This document shows, one piece after another, positions 11,030-22,814 of a stretch of DNA of 64,000 bases. Within the stretch, counting starts at the first letter, position 1; each line of letters opens with the position of its first letter. The DNA is taken from the NCBI GenBank assembly GCA_965240325.2, contig OZ251251.1:682001-746000 (forward strand), read 5' to 3'. This stretch comes from Rebecca billardiae RCC1528 (Eukaryota > Protista > Haptophyta). Made by a program: the position numbers and the translations under genes. The notes beneath the pieces are model-generated. The model ran no database searches. It was not told the origin of the DNA and worked only from the letters and a program-made list of their open reading frames with translations.

Positions 11030-12022
11030 ATGGCGCGGAGAAGAAGACTACCGCTGGCGCTGTTCCTCGCCGCGAGCGCCGCCAGAGCAGGCGCGGCGTC
11101 TCGGCACGCGGGCAACGCGACCCTCGTGACGACGGCGTGCAGCCGCTCGCCCCGCTCCGCGAGCGACACCGCCGGCGCGCACGCCGGCGGGCTGTGCCCG
11201 GCGCCGCGCCGCTCGGCGCTCGGCGCGCGCATCGACCGAGCGCAGGTGCCGTGGTTCAATATCATCGTGTCGAAGAAGCGCAAGGTGGCGGTAACGGGGA
11301 TCGCGAAGGCGATGATTTCGAGCGTGCGCGCCATCGCCAACCGCGAGGCCGCCGCGTCCGGCTGCAAGGCCAGCCGCTGCGCCGAGGCGCGCATGAACCG
11401 CTCGCTGCAGTCTGAGATTGAGATCTCGGCGTACACGCGCGCGGTGATGCTGCGCGACCCGTTCGAGCGGCTCGCCTCGGCGTACTTCGACTCGGCGGAC
11501 AACCCGTACATCGCGGTCGGCGCGTGCCCCTCCTCGCGCGCGTGCTCGCTCGACAAGTTCGTCTCCGAGCTGTGGCACAACTGGGAGAGCGCGAGGCGCA
11601 ACGAGCACTTTACGCCGCAGGCGGAGCACGCGCGGATGGGCGCCATGCGGTATCACTACGTGCTGCGCATGTCGTCGGCGGCGGACATCGCGTGCCTGCT
11701 CGAGGGGCTGCTCGGCGGCAGCCGCGACACGCACGCCAACCAGTCGCCCGGCGGCGGCGGCAGCGGCGGCAGCGCGCGTGACCGACGCGACAAGCTGCGC
11801 GCGCTCGCGGGCAATTTCACGCCGCGTGCGGTCGAGCGTGCGGCGCGCTTGTACGAGCGCGACGTGGCGCTGTGGCGCGCGACGGAGCCGGCGTGCGACT
11901 CGCGCCGCGCGCACGGCCCGAGCCTCGCCGACATGCTCGCGCCCGCGAGCGGCGGGACGAGCTGGCGCTGGCGCGCCCGCGGCCACGGCGGGCACAGCGG
12001 CCTCGGCGGCCGCGTGCGCTGA
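11030..12022 (+). CDS. Golgi-type carbohydrate sulfotransferase (Sulfotransfer_2-like)
   Basis: N-terminal hydrophobic anchor; 5'-PSB-like GIAKAMISS; 3'-PB motif LRDPFERLASAY; NEHFTPQ; LYERD. Confidence 0.85.
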   Translation: MARRRRLPLALFLAASAARAGAASRHAGNATLVTTACSRSPRSASDTAGAHAGGLCPAPRRSALGARIDRAQVPWFNIIVSKKRKVAVTGIAKAMISSVRAIANREAAASGCKASRCAEARMNRSLQSEIEISAYTRAVMLRDPFERLASAYFDSADNPYIAVGACPSSRACSLDKFVSELWHNWESARRNEHFTPQAEHARMGAMRYHYVLRMSSAADIACLLEGLLGGSRDTHANQSPGGGGSGGSARDRRDKLRALAGNFTPRAVERAARLYERDVALWRATEPACDSRRAHGPSLADMLAPASGGTSWRWRARGHGGHSGLGGRVR

Positions 12023-12409
12023 GCGCTCGGGGGCGCAGGCGCAGCAGGGGCAGCCAGGCAGCGGGTCGCCTGGCTAGAGCCCCGGGTGGCGCGCGGCGAG
12101 CGGCGGGCACGCCGCCGGCACGGGCGTTTGCGGCGAGGCGCGCGCGGGCCGGCGTGCGAGTCGACCAGCCGAGCCGCTGCCGCCACCACTGCGCCGGTGC
12201 CCCGAGCACCAGGCGGTCGCCGTGCGTCCAACGGAACGCCGACTACGCCAAACGGGCAAAAATTCAAGTTGCGCGCGAGACGAAACGCATCCGCGGTTAC
12301 TTGTAGTACTCGGTTCGACGACGATGCCGGTTGGTCCTCTGGAAAGAGGCGGACGGTGGCAGCTGCAACTTCCAGCTCCGCCGGCCGCGCACATCCGCCG
12401 CGCACGGCG

Positions 12410-12886
12410 ATGCACATCCCACCACCGACCGAGGCGATCCGGGCGGCGGGCGACCCAATCGGCAAGCGTGGCGCCGGCGCCGCGCCCGGCGCGCGCCGCG
12501 GCCCGTCGCCGCTCTCGGCGCTCGCACTCACGGCAGTCGCTCTCGTGCTGGCCGAGCCGCTGTGGCCGTGGCTGCTCCGAGCCGTGTGCGCCGCGGCGTG
12601 GCTCGCGTGCTCGCTCGTGGCGTGGGAGGTGGCGAAATCGCTCGTGCTTCCCGCACGCACAGCCGCGCTCGCGCAGCCCGCGCAGATCGTCCTCATGCTC
12701 TGCACGTTTGTGCCGCTGCGCTGGCTCGCCGGCTGGTCGGCGCCGCTACCCACGTTACCCGCGTGGTACTTCTTCGCGGTGCTCGTGCCGGCGCTGGATA
12801 CGTTCATTGGGCTGGAGACGGTGAGCGGGATCGTTCGCTTTGCCATGGCGCCCAAGGCGCCGCTCTTCCCGTACACCGCACTCTGA
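12410..12886 (+). CDS. Small multi-pass membrane protein, unknown function
   Basis: Four hydrophobic segments and host-like codon bias. Confidence 0.55.
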   Translation: MHIPPPTEAIRAAGDPIGKRGAGAAPGARRGPSPLSALALTAVALVLAEPLWPWLLRAVCAAAWLACSLVAWEVAKSLVLPARTAALAQPAQIVLMLCTFVPLRWLAGWSAPLPTLPAWYFFAVLVPALDTFIGLETVSGIVRFAMAPKAPLFPYTAL

Positions 12887-13350
12887 GCCGGCCGGGCGCA
12901 GGCGGCGGCTGGGACCAGCGGGCGGGAAGAGCCGCGTCGGCGGCATCGGCAGCTGCGCAGTGGCGGCTGATGAGGCCCGCCGCCCCCGCGCGCGCCCGTG
13001 GATGCAGACAGTCGCTTCTGGGGCGCTGCTCTCGCGCGTGCCGCCGGCCGCGCGGAGGCTCTGCGGTGGCAGCTGGCAGCCCGCGGCGGCGCCGCAGGGC
13101 TGCCGCGTTACCGCGCACGGTCGGGCGGCCAACCCGCAGGCCGCGCGGCCCCTGCGCCGGGCCGGCCGCGCGCCCGCGACGGAGCCTCCGATCCGCGCTT
13201 GTCGGCCTGCCCGTTGGCGCGCCATGAACTGGCGCGCCACGCGCTAGACGACTGATGTATATTCGCCGCCAGCAAAGTGTGATAGGATATATATATAATT
13301 ATAATAATATATCGTCAATAATATATATATAGATGCTGACGGGTACATAT

Positions 13351-14050
13351 TGTCCGAGCCCCGAGGGAATGAAGAGCCCGAAACGACTGAGCTAAATCGG
13401 TTCGCGCGAACCGATTTAGCTCAGTCGTTTCGGGCTCTTCAACTCCTCCGACATAACCGTAACGGTCTCCGTATGTAATTTTATGTTGGACACCCCGCGA
13501 GGGGCTGTAGTCCTGTCCAGTCGGTTCTGACGGATTTGTTGTCGAGGTTTTTCTCTCCCCGCCTGGTCTCTCCCAGGTGTTCCACCCTGCGTGCTCGTCT
13601 GCTCTGTGGCTTCGTAGAGACTCCGTCTTTTGTGGGCGGTGAGCCCTTCTTTTGCTGCTGTGGCTTTGTGAGCTAGGCTCTTTTTGTGTCTTTGTTGTTC
13701 ACCCGGGCGACTGTACCCGGAGGTTGCGCGTCGCGTACCGTGCTCGTTTTTCTGTCGTCTTTCTTTGTCGGTCATCTTCTTCGTGCTCCCCTCTTTTTCG
13801 TTCGTTTTGCCGACTCCGCCTCGCGAGTCGCGTTTTCATTCCCCCCCGGAGCCGCGAGGCTCTCGCGAGGTCGAAAGCGCTTCGCCTGAAAGGCCAAGAG
13901 TTCTTATGCCTGCGTGTCGGTCGCTGGATTCGAACAGGTGACTTTACGGTTGTGTCGGAGGAGTTGAAGAGCCCGAAACGACTGAGCTAAATCGGTTCGC
14001 GCGCGAACCGATTTAGCTCAGTCGTTTCGGGCTCTTCAACTCCTCCGACA
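13351..14050. mobile_element. 700-bp TGT...ACA element with palindromic ends and a 5-bp TSD
   Basis: CATAT at 13346-13350 and 14051-14055; perfect palindromes at 13370-13441 (72 bp) and 13951-14052 (102 bp) built from the same arm. Confidence 0.85.
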
Positions 14051-14818
14051 CATATATATATAATATTTAATCGCGGACGATTATTCAGATCGTCGAGTAG
14101 AGCTACGCGGACCGTGATGCTGAGCACGGAGCAGGCGGCCCGCCGGCGGCGGCGGCCGACTCGACCGCCCCAGGCAGACCACCGTCATAACCGCCCGGCA
14201 CCGCGTGATGCACATGGCTGTCAGTGTGGCTGCTGCATGCGTGCGTCGCCGTACGGCGCGTCCCGGCGGAGTTCATTCATTCAGTGACCGTGCCAGGTGA
14301 CACTCGGGTCCCGCCGGCGCGGACCGCGCGCGGCGGTTTCCGTTTACGACACTCAATATAATAATATTATACAGCAGCTAGGCCGCCGACATGGGCCGGA
14401 CGACTCCGGCGCGCGGGCCGATAAGCTACTTGAGTACTTACTCACTACTTACTGCTGTCTATAACTCACTACTCAGACTGACTCATGAGTGATGGCGCTG
14501 CCGCGCGCTCAGTCCTACGACGGTCGGTCCGACTCTGACGCCGCGCCGGACGGCCCGACTCGGACAGCGGGCCGACTGTGCGCGGTGCAGGAGGGCACAC
14601 TGCGTCCCGCGACCGACGGCGGGCGACACGGTCAGCGACAGGCGGACCGACTCGGGACTCGCGCGCGGGCACTGTAGTGATGACTGCGGCGGTCAGCCAT
14701 GCGGCGGCACGGGCACGACGGCGCGGCCCCACGCCGGGCACGCGGCGCGCAGGCCGGCCGCGCGCGGGCCTCCGCAGCCAGCGGCCCCGCTGGAGTCGGA
14801 ATAATCCGGGTCGCCGCC

Positions 14819-15714
14819 GGCCTGTTTTATTTCGACCAGATTCCATTTACTATGTCACGGCGACAAACCCGTGCCCGCCAGTGGGAATGAGTGTCACGCC
14901 CCGTTCAGTGTACCTCTCACGGCCGACGGCGGCCCCCACGTGCGTGAGGAATGCGATTCGTGCACTCCTCGGTGACCGGTGAGTGCACGAATCCAGTTGC
15001 GGCGCTCGTCCGCCTCGTCGTCGTCGCACACGAGGTACACTGAAGAGCACGGGTCAGAAGCCAGATCTCTCTGCGCGCTCGCGCCCGCGTGGCGAGGCAC
15101 TGGCAGGCTTGTTCTCATCATCTTGGCCAAGACTGCAGCCTGCCAGATGCGCGATGACGCGTGTGCACGCCTTTCTGCGCGCCATGGGTGCGCGGGGCAC
15201 GCACCTTGTCGTCATCTACGCCGAGGAGGCCTGAACAACCGGCCCACCAACCTGCCGTGACAACGTTCAAATGCAGGCGGCAAGCTGCATGCGCAAACAT
15301 CTCACGCTCGACAAGGAAGTGGCGGCGGAGCGAGTAGAGCTGGTATCGTTTGCAGTCCATCTGTCGTTCAACAATCCTGGTTCACCAACTGACACGGGCG
15401 CGACGCAGCCACGGCAGAGTGCTTGCAGCTTGCAACGCGCCCGCAACCGCGGTTTGCTGCCGCGGCGCGGCGATCGTCACACTGCCGTGCGCTGCGAGTG
15501 ACCCGTCTGTGTCATGGAGAAGCACCATGGCAAGGCTTAGCAGCAAGCATTGGCATGATCTTTAGCTACAGCTCAGCGCCCTAGTACGAACATGCGCCAA
15601 CGACGTGCCATCACTACTCCGCAATCGCGCCGGTACCCACCACCAGCGGGCAAGCCGCCATTTTACCGCGTTGGCGAATGTCGCCGTTGGGCTCTGGTAG
15701 AAATAAAACAGGCC
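14819..15714. mobile_element. Non-autonomous TIR element (~0.9 kb)
   Basis: 22-bp TIR GGCCTGTTTTATTTC(G/T)ACCAGA; CGCCGC on both flanks, off-register by 1 bp. Confidence 0.7.
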
Positions 15715-15931
15715 CGCCGCAGTACTCATCGGTACGGTAACAGTACTCACTGTGATATGAATACATGTTGCTGTGCTGAGGCCCTGATGATGCCGCCGCC
15801 ACCGGGTTTGTAGTCGCTGCGCATCATCGCTGTGGCCCAGTGTGTGGCCTGTGTACAATCGCTCGATGACGCACCCATCAGAATCCTGATGTGAGTCCCG
15901 GCCCCGCCGACCGTCGGCAGCCGAGCTGCGG

Positions 15932-18450
15932 TCAGCTGCCGCTGCTGACCACGTGCCTCATCCTGAGAGGCAGCGCGAGCAGCGTGGCGGTGTGCGGGTG
16001 CGCGCCCCGCTCCGTCGCCACGGGCACCGAGCGCAGCCGAGATTCAATCTCGTCCCAGCGGTCGTGCCCGTCAAAGCACGCGCGCGTGCCCTCCCACTCG
16101 ACCGAGGCGGTGCGCAAAAGCAGCTCGCCGGAGGAGCGCGCGCGCGACACGGGCGGCGCCGAGCCGAGCGAGTCGGCAGAGGCGCCGATGCCGCCCACGC
16201 CGCCCGCGCTCAGCGCAGCCGGCGGGCGGCCGGACCAGCCGGCGTGGCTGTCGCCGTCGGCGCTGGTGTCGTCGTCGCCCGCGCCGCCGTCGAGCGCGCC
16301 GTGCGGCGCGCCCGGCCGCACGTCCGCGTCCGGCACGCCCCTGTCCGGTGGGAAGTCCTGCGCGGTGGCGCGCGTGCGCACGCACAAAGGCGGGCGCGCG
16401 TGGGCGCGCGCCGCCCGCGCCCCCTGCGGGCGGGGGCACCGACCGGCAGCGCGTGCGCGGCACGCAGCCCAGCGGCGGCGCGCGGCACGCGGCCCGGCAC
16501 GCCCGCGCCGCGCGCGCGCATGCGCGCACCTGCATCGCCATGAAGCGCGCAAGGTGCGGCTCCTCGTGCGTGTTGTCAATCTCGGCGAGGAAGGTAGCGA
16601 GCCGCGACAGCCGGTACACCGCGCGCGGCACGCGCTGCAGCGAGTCGAGGATCTCGGAGCGCGGGACGAAGCTGCGGGACGGGGCGCGTGTGTGCGTGCG
16701 CGTGTGTGTGCGCGCGCGCGTGTGCGTGTGCGTGCGTGTGTGTGTGCGCGTGAGCGCGCGCACGCGCCGCGCATGCCCACGCCGTGTTGCGCACAGCGCC
16801 ACTCTTGCAGGAGAGCGCCCGCCAGCACGTGCACCGCGCGGCGCACGGCAGCCGCGCCACCGCGCCACCGCGCCACCGCGCGACCGCGCAGCCGCGCACC
16901 GTCCGGTCTTCTCGCCCCGCTCCTGCGCGCGCCGCATCACCTCCGCCTCGTCCGCTCTCACGTACAGGATCGCGATGCGGTAGTGCGGGTGCTGCCGCCG
17001 GATGCGCCGGAACACGCGCTCATACCTGCGCGCGCCGCGGGGGCGCGGGGGTGCGCGCGCGCGTGACAGCGGGGCTACAGTGTGTGCTCGGTGGCCCCGT
17101 CCAGTGGCACACGCGTGCACGGCATGTGCGCGATGCGTGCGCGCGTGCGCGTGTGCGTGTGTGTACGTGTGCACGCGCTGCGCTCAGCACGCGTGCGGCG
17201 CGCGCACGCCCCACACCGCACCGCACCGCGCGCGCACACACGCACACACACGCACACACACACGCGCGCACACACACGCACGCACACGCACGCACCAGTC
17301 CGCGTCCCGCAGGCTGCCGTCCACCCACACGTGCTTGCCCGCGCGCAGCGCCGCCTCCTGCGCCAGCTCGACCAGGTAGCCGGACTCGTGGCGGGTGTGG
17401 TACCCCGCGGTGAGCGGCTCCTTCGCCACGTAGCTGAGAGGGGGGTAAGGGCGTGCGCAGAGGCGGTGAAGGCGGGGCCGCGTGGGTTAGGGTTAGGGTT
17501 AGGGCTAGGGGTAGGGGTTAGGGTTAGGGCCGCGTGGGTGTTGGGTGCGCGGCGCACGCGCCACCGCGCCCAGGCCAAGCAAGCGGCCGCGCGCGGGGCC
17601 ACGCACCCGGGCCACTCCGGGAAGGCCGTCTTGAACACGTCCGCGTCGATCTGCACGATCGAGCACAGCGGGAAGATCCCGCGCTGCGCCATCCAGTTCA
17701 CCGTCCGCGACTTGCCCGCGCCCATCGCCCCCGCTGTGAACACGATCCATGGCTGCGCCTGCTCGGGCTTCGAGACGGCGTCTACGACCTGGCCGGGCGG
17801 TGGCGGGCCCGGCCGGGCGCGTGTGAGCGGCGGGGGGCGACGCGCGGCACACCACTGCCACGTCGCGCCTGCCGCCGCGCGCAGCCGCCCTCCCGAGGGC
17901 TCGTGACCGCGCGGCGCGCGCGCGCGCTCTCCCGCGCGGCGCGGCGCGGCGCGGCGCGGCGCCCGCGCGGCGGCTGTGCGCGCACCTGGCAGATGAGCGA
18001 GTCCTGCACCTGCTGCCGGTGCTCCGAGTAGTACCCGTGGTACGACGTGTCCACCCGCGCGCGGAGCTCGCGGAAGCGGCCGTACAGCCCGCGCAGATCC
18101 GGCGCGCTGCCGCCGGCCGCACCGCCGCCGCCGCCGCCGCCGCCGACGCTCGCGTCGAGCGGCGGCGGCGGCTCGACGGAGTAGTTCTCCTTGGTCGAGC
18201 GCGTGTAGTCGTACGAGCTCGACACGCACGTGAGGCAGGTGAGCGGCACGCGCTCGATCCGCGGCAGCGACGCCGGCCTGTACGCCAGGAGGTTGGGCGG
18301 CACCTCGAGCTTCGAGGCGGGCGGCGGGAGCGACGAGCGGCGACGGCCGTTGGCGGCGGCGCCTGGCGCGGCGGCGGCGGCGGTGCCCGGTGGCTGGGAC
18401 GGGGCGCTCTTGCCGGGCCGCTGGCCCGGCTGGCTCACGCTCGCGCCCAT
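15932..18450 (-). CDS. Zeta-toxin-like P-loop kinase, multi-intron
   Basis: Walker A IVFTAGAMGAGKS; IDADVFK; TRHESGYLVE; VWVDGSLRD; ILYVRA..VMRRAQERGEKTGR; N-terminus MGASVS. Confidence 0.85.
17487..17529 (+). repeat. Interstitial telomeric (TTAGGG)n inside an intron
   Basis: About 7 partly degenerate TTAGGG units. Confidence 0.9.
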
Positions 18451-18761
18451 TTGTCTGCGCCTCGCGCGCGCGCCGGCGTTGGCGCCCGCGCCCGCCCGTT
18501 CGTGCACTGGTCAGGAGGGTGATGCGCCGTGCGGGTCGCAGCGCTTGCGCCCGCCCGGCGACTCAAAAGGGGCAGCCGAAGGCTCCGAGAGCGACCGGAG
18601 ACTTTCCGCGGCCGTTGTTTTCCGATGATGACTTCGACCAACGCCCGGAGCCCTTGCCGGGCCGAGAGAAAGGCTGGCTGACCCGGCTCGAAGCGGCAAT
18701 CGCCGTGCACGATGGCCGCCGGCTGAGCACGGCCGGCTGGCCACACAACAAGTGCAACGCG

Positions 18762-19108
18762 ATGGGCCGCCGGCGCTCGGCGCGCCGCCCCGGCTGGAGC
18801 TGCGTGTGCTGCGTGCTCCCGCTCGTCGTCTATCTCGTCCTGCTCGCCGCCTCCGCGCGCCGCCTCGTCCTCGCCTCGCGCGACCGAGGCGCGCGGCGGC
18901 GCCGCACGCCGTACAGCGGCGGCCGAGGCGGCGCGGGCGCCGGCGCGCGGATGCCGTACGCCAACGGCAGCGACGGCGCGAGCGCGGAGTGGGAGGACGG
19001 GTTCGTGCCACAGCCACCCCGCCCCGCGCCCGAGGCCGCGCGCGCGCTCGCTGCCGCGCTCGAGGCGGCGCGCGAGGCGGCCGACGCCGCGGCGGATGCG
19101 CAGGCGGA

Positions 19109-19139
<31 letters not shown>

Positions 19140-22131
19140 ACCGGCGAGCGCTGCTGCGCGCTCACGCCGCCGCGCGAGCTGTCCGAGGCGGAGGTGCGCG
19201 CGCTCGACGACGGCCGGCTCCCGGTCACCATCGTGCAGCTCCTCGGCGGCGAGCCGCACCGCGCGGGCCGCGTGCCGTGCGACGTGCCGTGCAAACTCGA
19301 TTTCGCCGCCAAGGCTCGAGCCGGCGGTCGCGGCGGCCGCGGCGGGCCGCGGCCGCGGAGCCGGCGGCAGCTGCCCGAGGGGCTGCGCGTGGTGGACGTG
19401 CAGCTCGTCGGCGGGTACCGCGACTCCGACCTCGTGCGCGCGCGCGGCACGGCCGCCGTGCCCGGACTCCACCTCCTCGGCCTCAACAGCATGGAGGCCG
19501 ACGCCTACCACGCAGCGGTGCGCGCAACTAGAAAGGATACTCCCGCCCCTTTACTGTATATCTATCATTATATGATATAAAGAACGGGCTCCGGGTGATC
19601 AGACGGGCGTGCGCCCAGCGCCCAGCGCCGAGCACGCGCGCGCGCGGAGGGGCGGCGGCGGTGGGTGGCGCGCGGGGCGGTGGGCGGCGGCGCGCGGAGA
19701 GCGAGCGGTGCGGGGCGCGAGGCGCGTGCATACGGGAGAGCCGGGTGCGGGGCGCGAGGCGCGTGCACACAGCCACAGGAGAGTGGGGTGCCGCGGCCGT
19801 CCGCCTGCGGAGGGCGGAGCTGCTCTGAGAGGGCGGGGCGGCGAGTGGGGATCTGCCCGCGGCAGAGGACGGGCGTGCTGGGCAGCGCGCGGCGCGCCCG
19901 CCACCGCGACACCGCCGCGGCGTGCCACGCCCGCCGCGCTCTCCCCTCGCACGCAGCACCAACAGGCAACGGCACGCGCCGCGCGCGCGCGCCCACTGCG
20001 GCACGCGTGCCCACACTTGCGCGCGCGCCGCGCCGCGCCGCGCCGCGCCCCAAACGGCCGCTGGCCCGCTGGGCTGCCGCCGCGCGCAGGTGCACCCGCC
20101 GACGCTGCGCGCGAGCGGCGTGGCCTCCCTCGCGCCCGCGCTCGACTCGACCGTGCCGTGCACGTACATCACCGCGCCCTCCGTCGAGGCATGGGGGCGC
20201 GTGACGCCCGCGTGGGGCGGCGGCCGGCTGCGCGCGCTCCCGCGCGGCGCGCCGATCGCGGTGCTGGCGGCGTCCAACTGCCGCTCCAAGTCCGGGCGGG
20301 AGGAGTTCTTCCGCGCGCTGCGTGACGCGCTGGGCGGGCGGGTGGCGTCGATCGGTGCGCCGTGGCGCCGCGCCCCCCCCCCGCGCGCGCGCACCCACGC
20401 CGCGCCGCGCCGCGCCGCGCCGCGCCGCGCCGCACGCTCCCCAGCGCCAAGCATCGAGCCAAGTTGCATGCGGCCCGCCGCCAACACAGCGTGGCCCCCG
20501 TGCGCGCGCGCGCCAGGCAAGTGCGACCGCACAGAGGACTGGCCGCTGTGCCCGGCGGCGCCTGGGGACGCGCCGCCGCTGCACACGACAACCGACGGCG
20601 ACGAGCGCGGCGGCGGCGCCGATGGCGGCGACAGCGGCGACGAGCGCGGCGGCGGCGCCGACGGCGGCGGCGGCGGCGGGCACTCCCTACTGTGGGCAAC
20701 GCGGGGGCGCGGCGGGGGCGCGAGTGATAGGCGCCTCGCCCCGCGTGCCAACGCGACCCGCCGCGCGCCGGCGCCGCCGCCGCCCCCCTCGCTCCGCCCA
20801 TGCACCAAGCGCGAGGCCCTCCGCCGCTACCCGTTTTACTTGGCGTTTGAAAACTCAGTACGACCCGGGTATGTGACGGAGAAGCCGTTCGACGCCTTCG
20901 AGGCGGGCGTGGTGCCGGTGTACCTGGGCGACCCGCGCGCGCCGCTGACGCACTTCCCGCCGCGCTCGGTGGTGCCCGTGCTCGCGCCCGACGCGGCTGA
21001 GCCGCAAGCCGCGGGGGCGGCGGGCGGCGGCGCGGGCGGCGCGGACGAGCGTGCTGGCTCTGGCGTGCCGCGTGCCGCGCCGCGCGAGGCGGGCGATGCG
21101 CGGCTGCAGGCCGCCGCCGCGGGGCAGTGGAAGGGGGCTCGCCCCCTTGGCGCGGGCGCCGCGCCCGGCGCCGACGGCGCGGCGGCCTCCCCGGCGGCCG
21201 CCGCCATCGCCGCTGCCGCCGCGCCGGGCGGCGCGCGGCACGCGGCCGCCGCGTCCCTTGGCCTCGCGCCCACTGTGACACACGCGCGCCAGCTGGCAGC
21301 GCACCTGCTGTGGCTGCTCGCGGAGCCGCGGCGGTACGAGGCGCTGCTGGCGTGGCGGGAGCGGCCGCTGCCCGCGGCGTACGCACGGCGGTGGGGGCGG
21401 CTTGCGCTCCCGCACTCGCACTGCCGCCTCTGCCGGTGCGCGCGCCGCCGCTGCGCCGCGCGCCGCGCGCGCCCCGTGCGTGCCCGTGCTTGCCCAGTGG
21501 CTTGTACTGTGCATGCTCGCGCGCGCCGCGCGCGCGCGCGCGCTCGCCATGCTTGGAGGCGGGTGCTGCGGTGGGCAGTCGGTGGGCCTGTGGCGCTTGC
21601 CCTGCGCGTCCGAGCCCCGACGCACGCCGCGCGTGCCCTGCCGCGCCAACCCCCCCCGGCGCCATGCCCCGCCCCGCGCCCATTGCGCCGCATGCGCCGC
21701 GCCCCTGCCCTGTGGCTGCCCTGTGGCTGCCCTGTGGCTGCCCTGTGGCTGCCCTGTGGCTGCCCTGTGGCTGCCCTGTGCATATGACTCCCGCCCGGCC
21801 GCACGCGCCGCCGCGCGCCGCCCGTCGCAGCTGGGCGTACGCGCAGCGCCACCTCGGTGACGGCAACGTGAGCTGGTCCGCCGCCGAGCAGCAGCTCGTC
21901 CTGTTGCAGCCCCAGGGGCCACCACCGCAGGCACCAGCGCGGGGCCTGGCGGCGTCAGCGGGCGGCACTGGGGAGGAGGACGCGTCTGCCGGCGACCGCC
22001 TCGTCAGCGGCGGTGGCAAGACAGCAGACTCCGCGGCAGCAGCTGCAGCTGAGCCGGCGGCGGATGATCCGGTGGATGCGCAGCGACGATGGCCACGCGA
22101 GCAGGAGTCGTCGAGTGATCATCAGCGGTGA
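18762..22131 (+). CDS. Alpha-1,3/4-fucosyltransferase (GT10), spliced
   Basis: Type II membrane anchor CVLPLVVYLVLLAA; NSME; ASNC; signature YPFYLAFENSVRPGYVTEKPFDAFEAGVVPVYLG; CRLC. Confidence 0.9.
21706..21780. repeat. 11-bp minisatellite (TGCCCTGTGGC) x ~7, intronic
   Basis: Directly visible. Confidence 0.9.
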
Positions 22132-22814
22132 TTGATATCGGCCCGACTGCGACAGCCTTGGTGGGCGGCCTCCGTTTCGCCCCCCCGTGGCCGCCTAGAC
22201 ACGGGTCCGACGGGGCCCCGGGACCGTTGGCCGCGGTCCGCGTGACTGGCAGCTCCGTGGCCGATGCCGACCCGGGTAAGACGTCGGGTCGGCGCGCGTG
22301 ATCTGGTGATGATGGCTTGATGATCGGCCCCGCGGGCCGATCCGCGGGGTGCTGCGCTGCTCATTCACGAGCACGGCGGTCGTCTCAGGCACCCCGCCAC
22401 GGAGTGCGGCGCTGCTCACACACTCGCACACGGCGGGCACCGCCGAGGCACGCCGGCACGGGCCCAGCCCGGGACGGGCCCCCCAGACTGAGACAGCCGA
22501 CAGGCGGCCCGCACGGGCGGCGCCGCCCGGCGGCGGTCGTCTGCTCTGATATGTCAGTTTATGTAATCGGACGCGAGGCGTATAGTCAGGCTGATACGGA
22601 AGAGTTGAGACGCGCGAGTGCCGCTGCAGCTGCTTAGCAGTTTGATGAGTTATTATTAGCTAGCTCATTAGCGCTGTCATAGGCCTGTGACAATGACCAG
22701 TCCGCTGATGGCTAGCATCGGTCTGCATCGGAATTCGGATATGACTCTCTGCCGTACGGCGATTGAGGTCATTGTCAAGGATGGCAGCTCGCCCGCCCCA
22801 GTGGGCGTCTCGGC

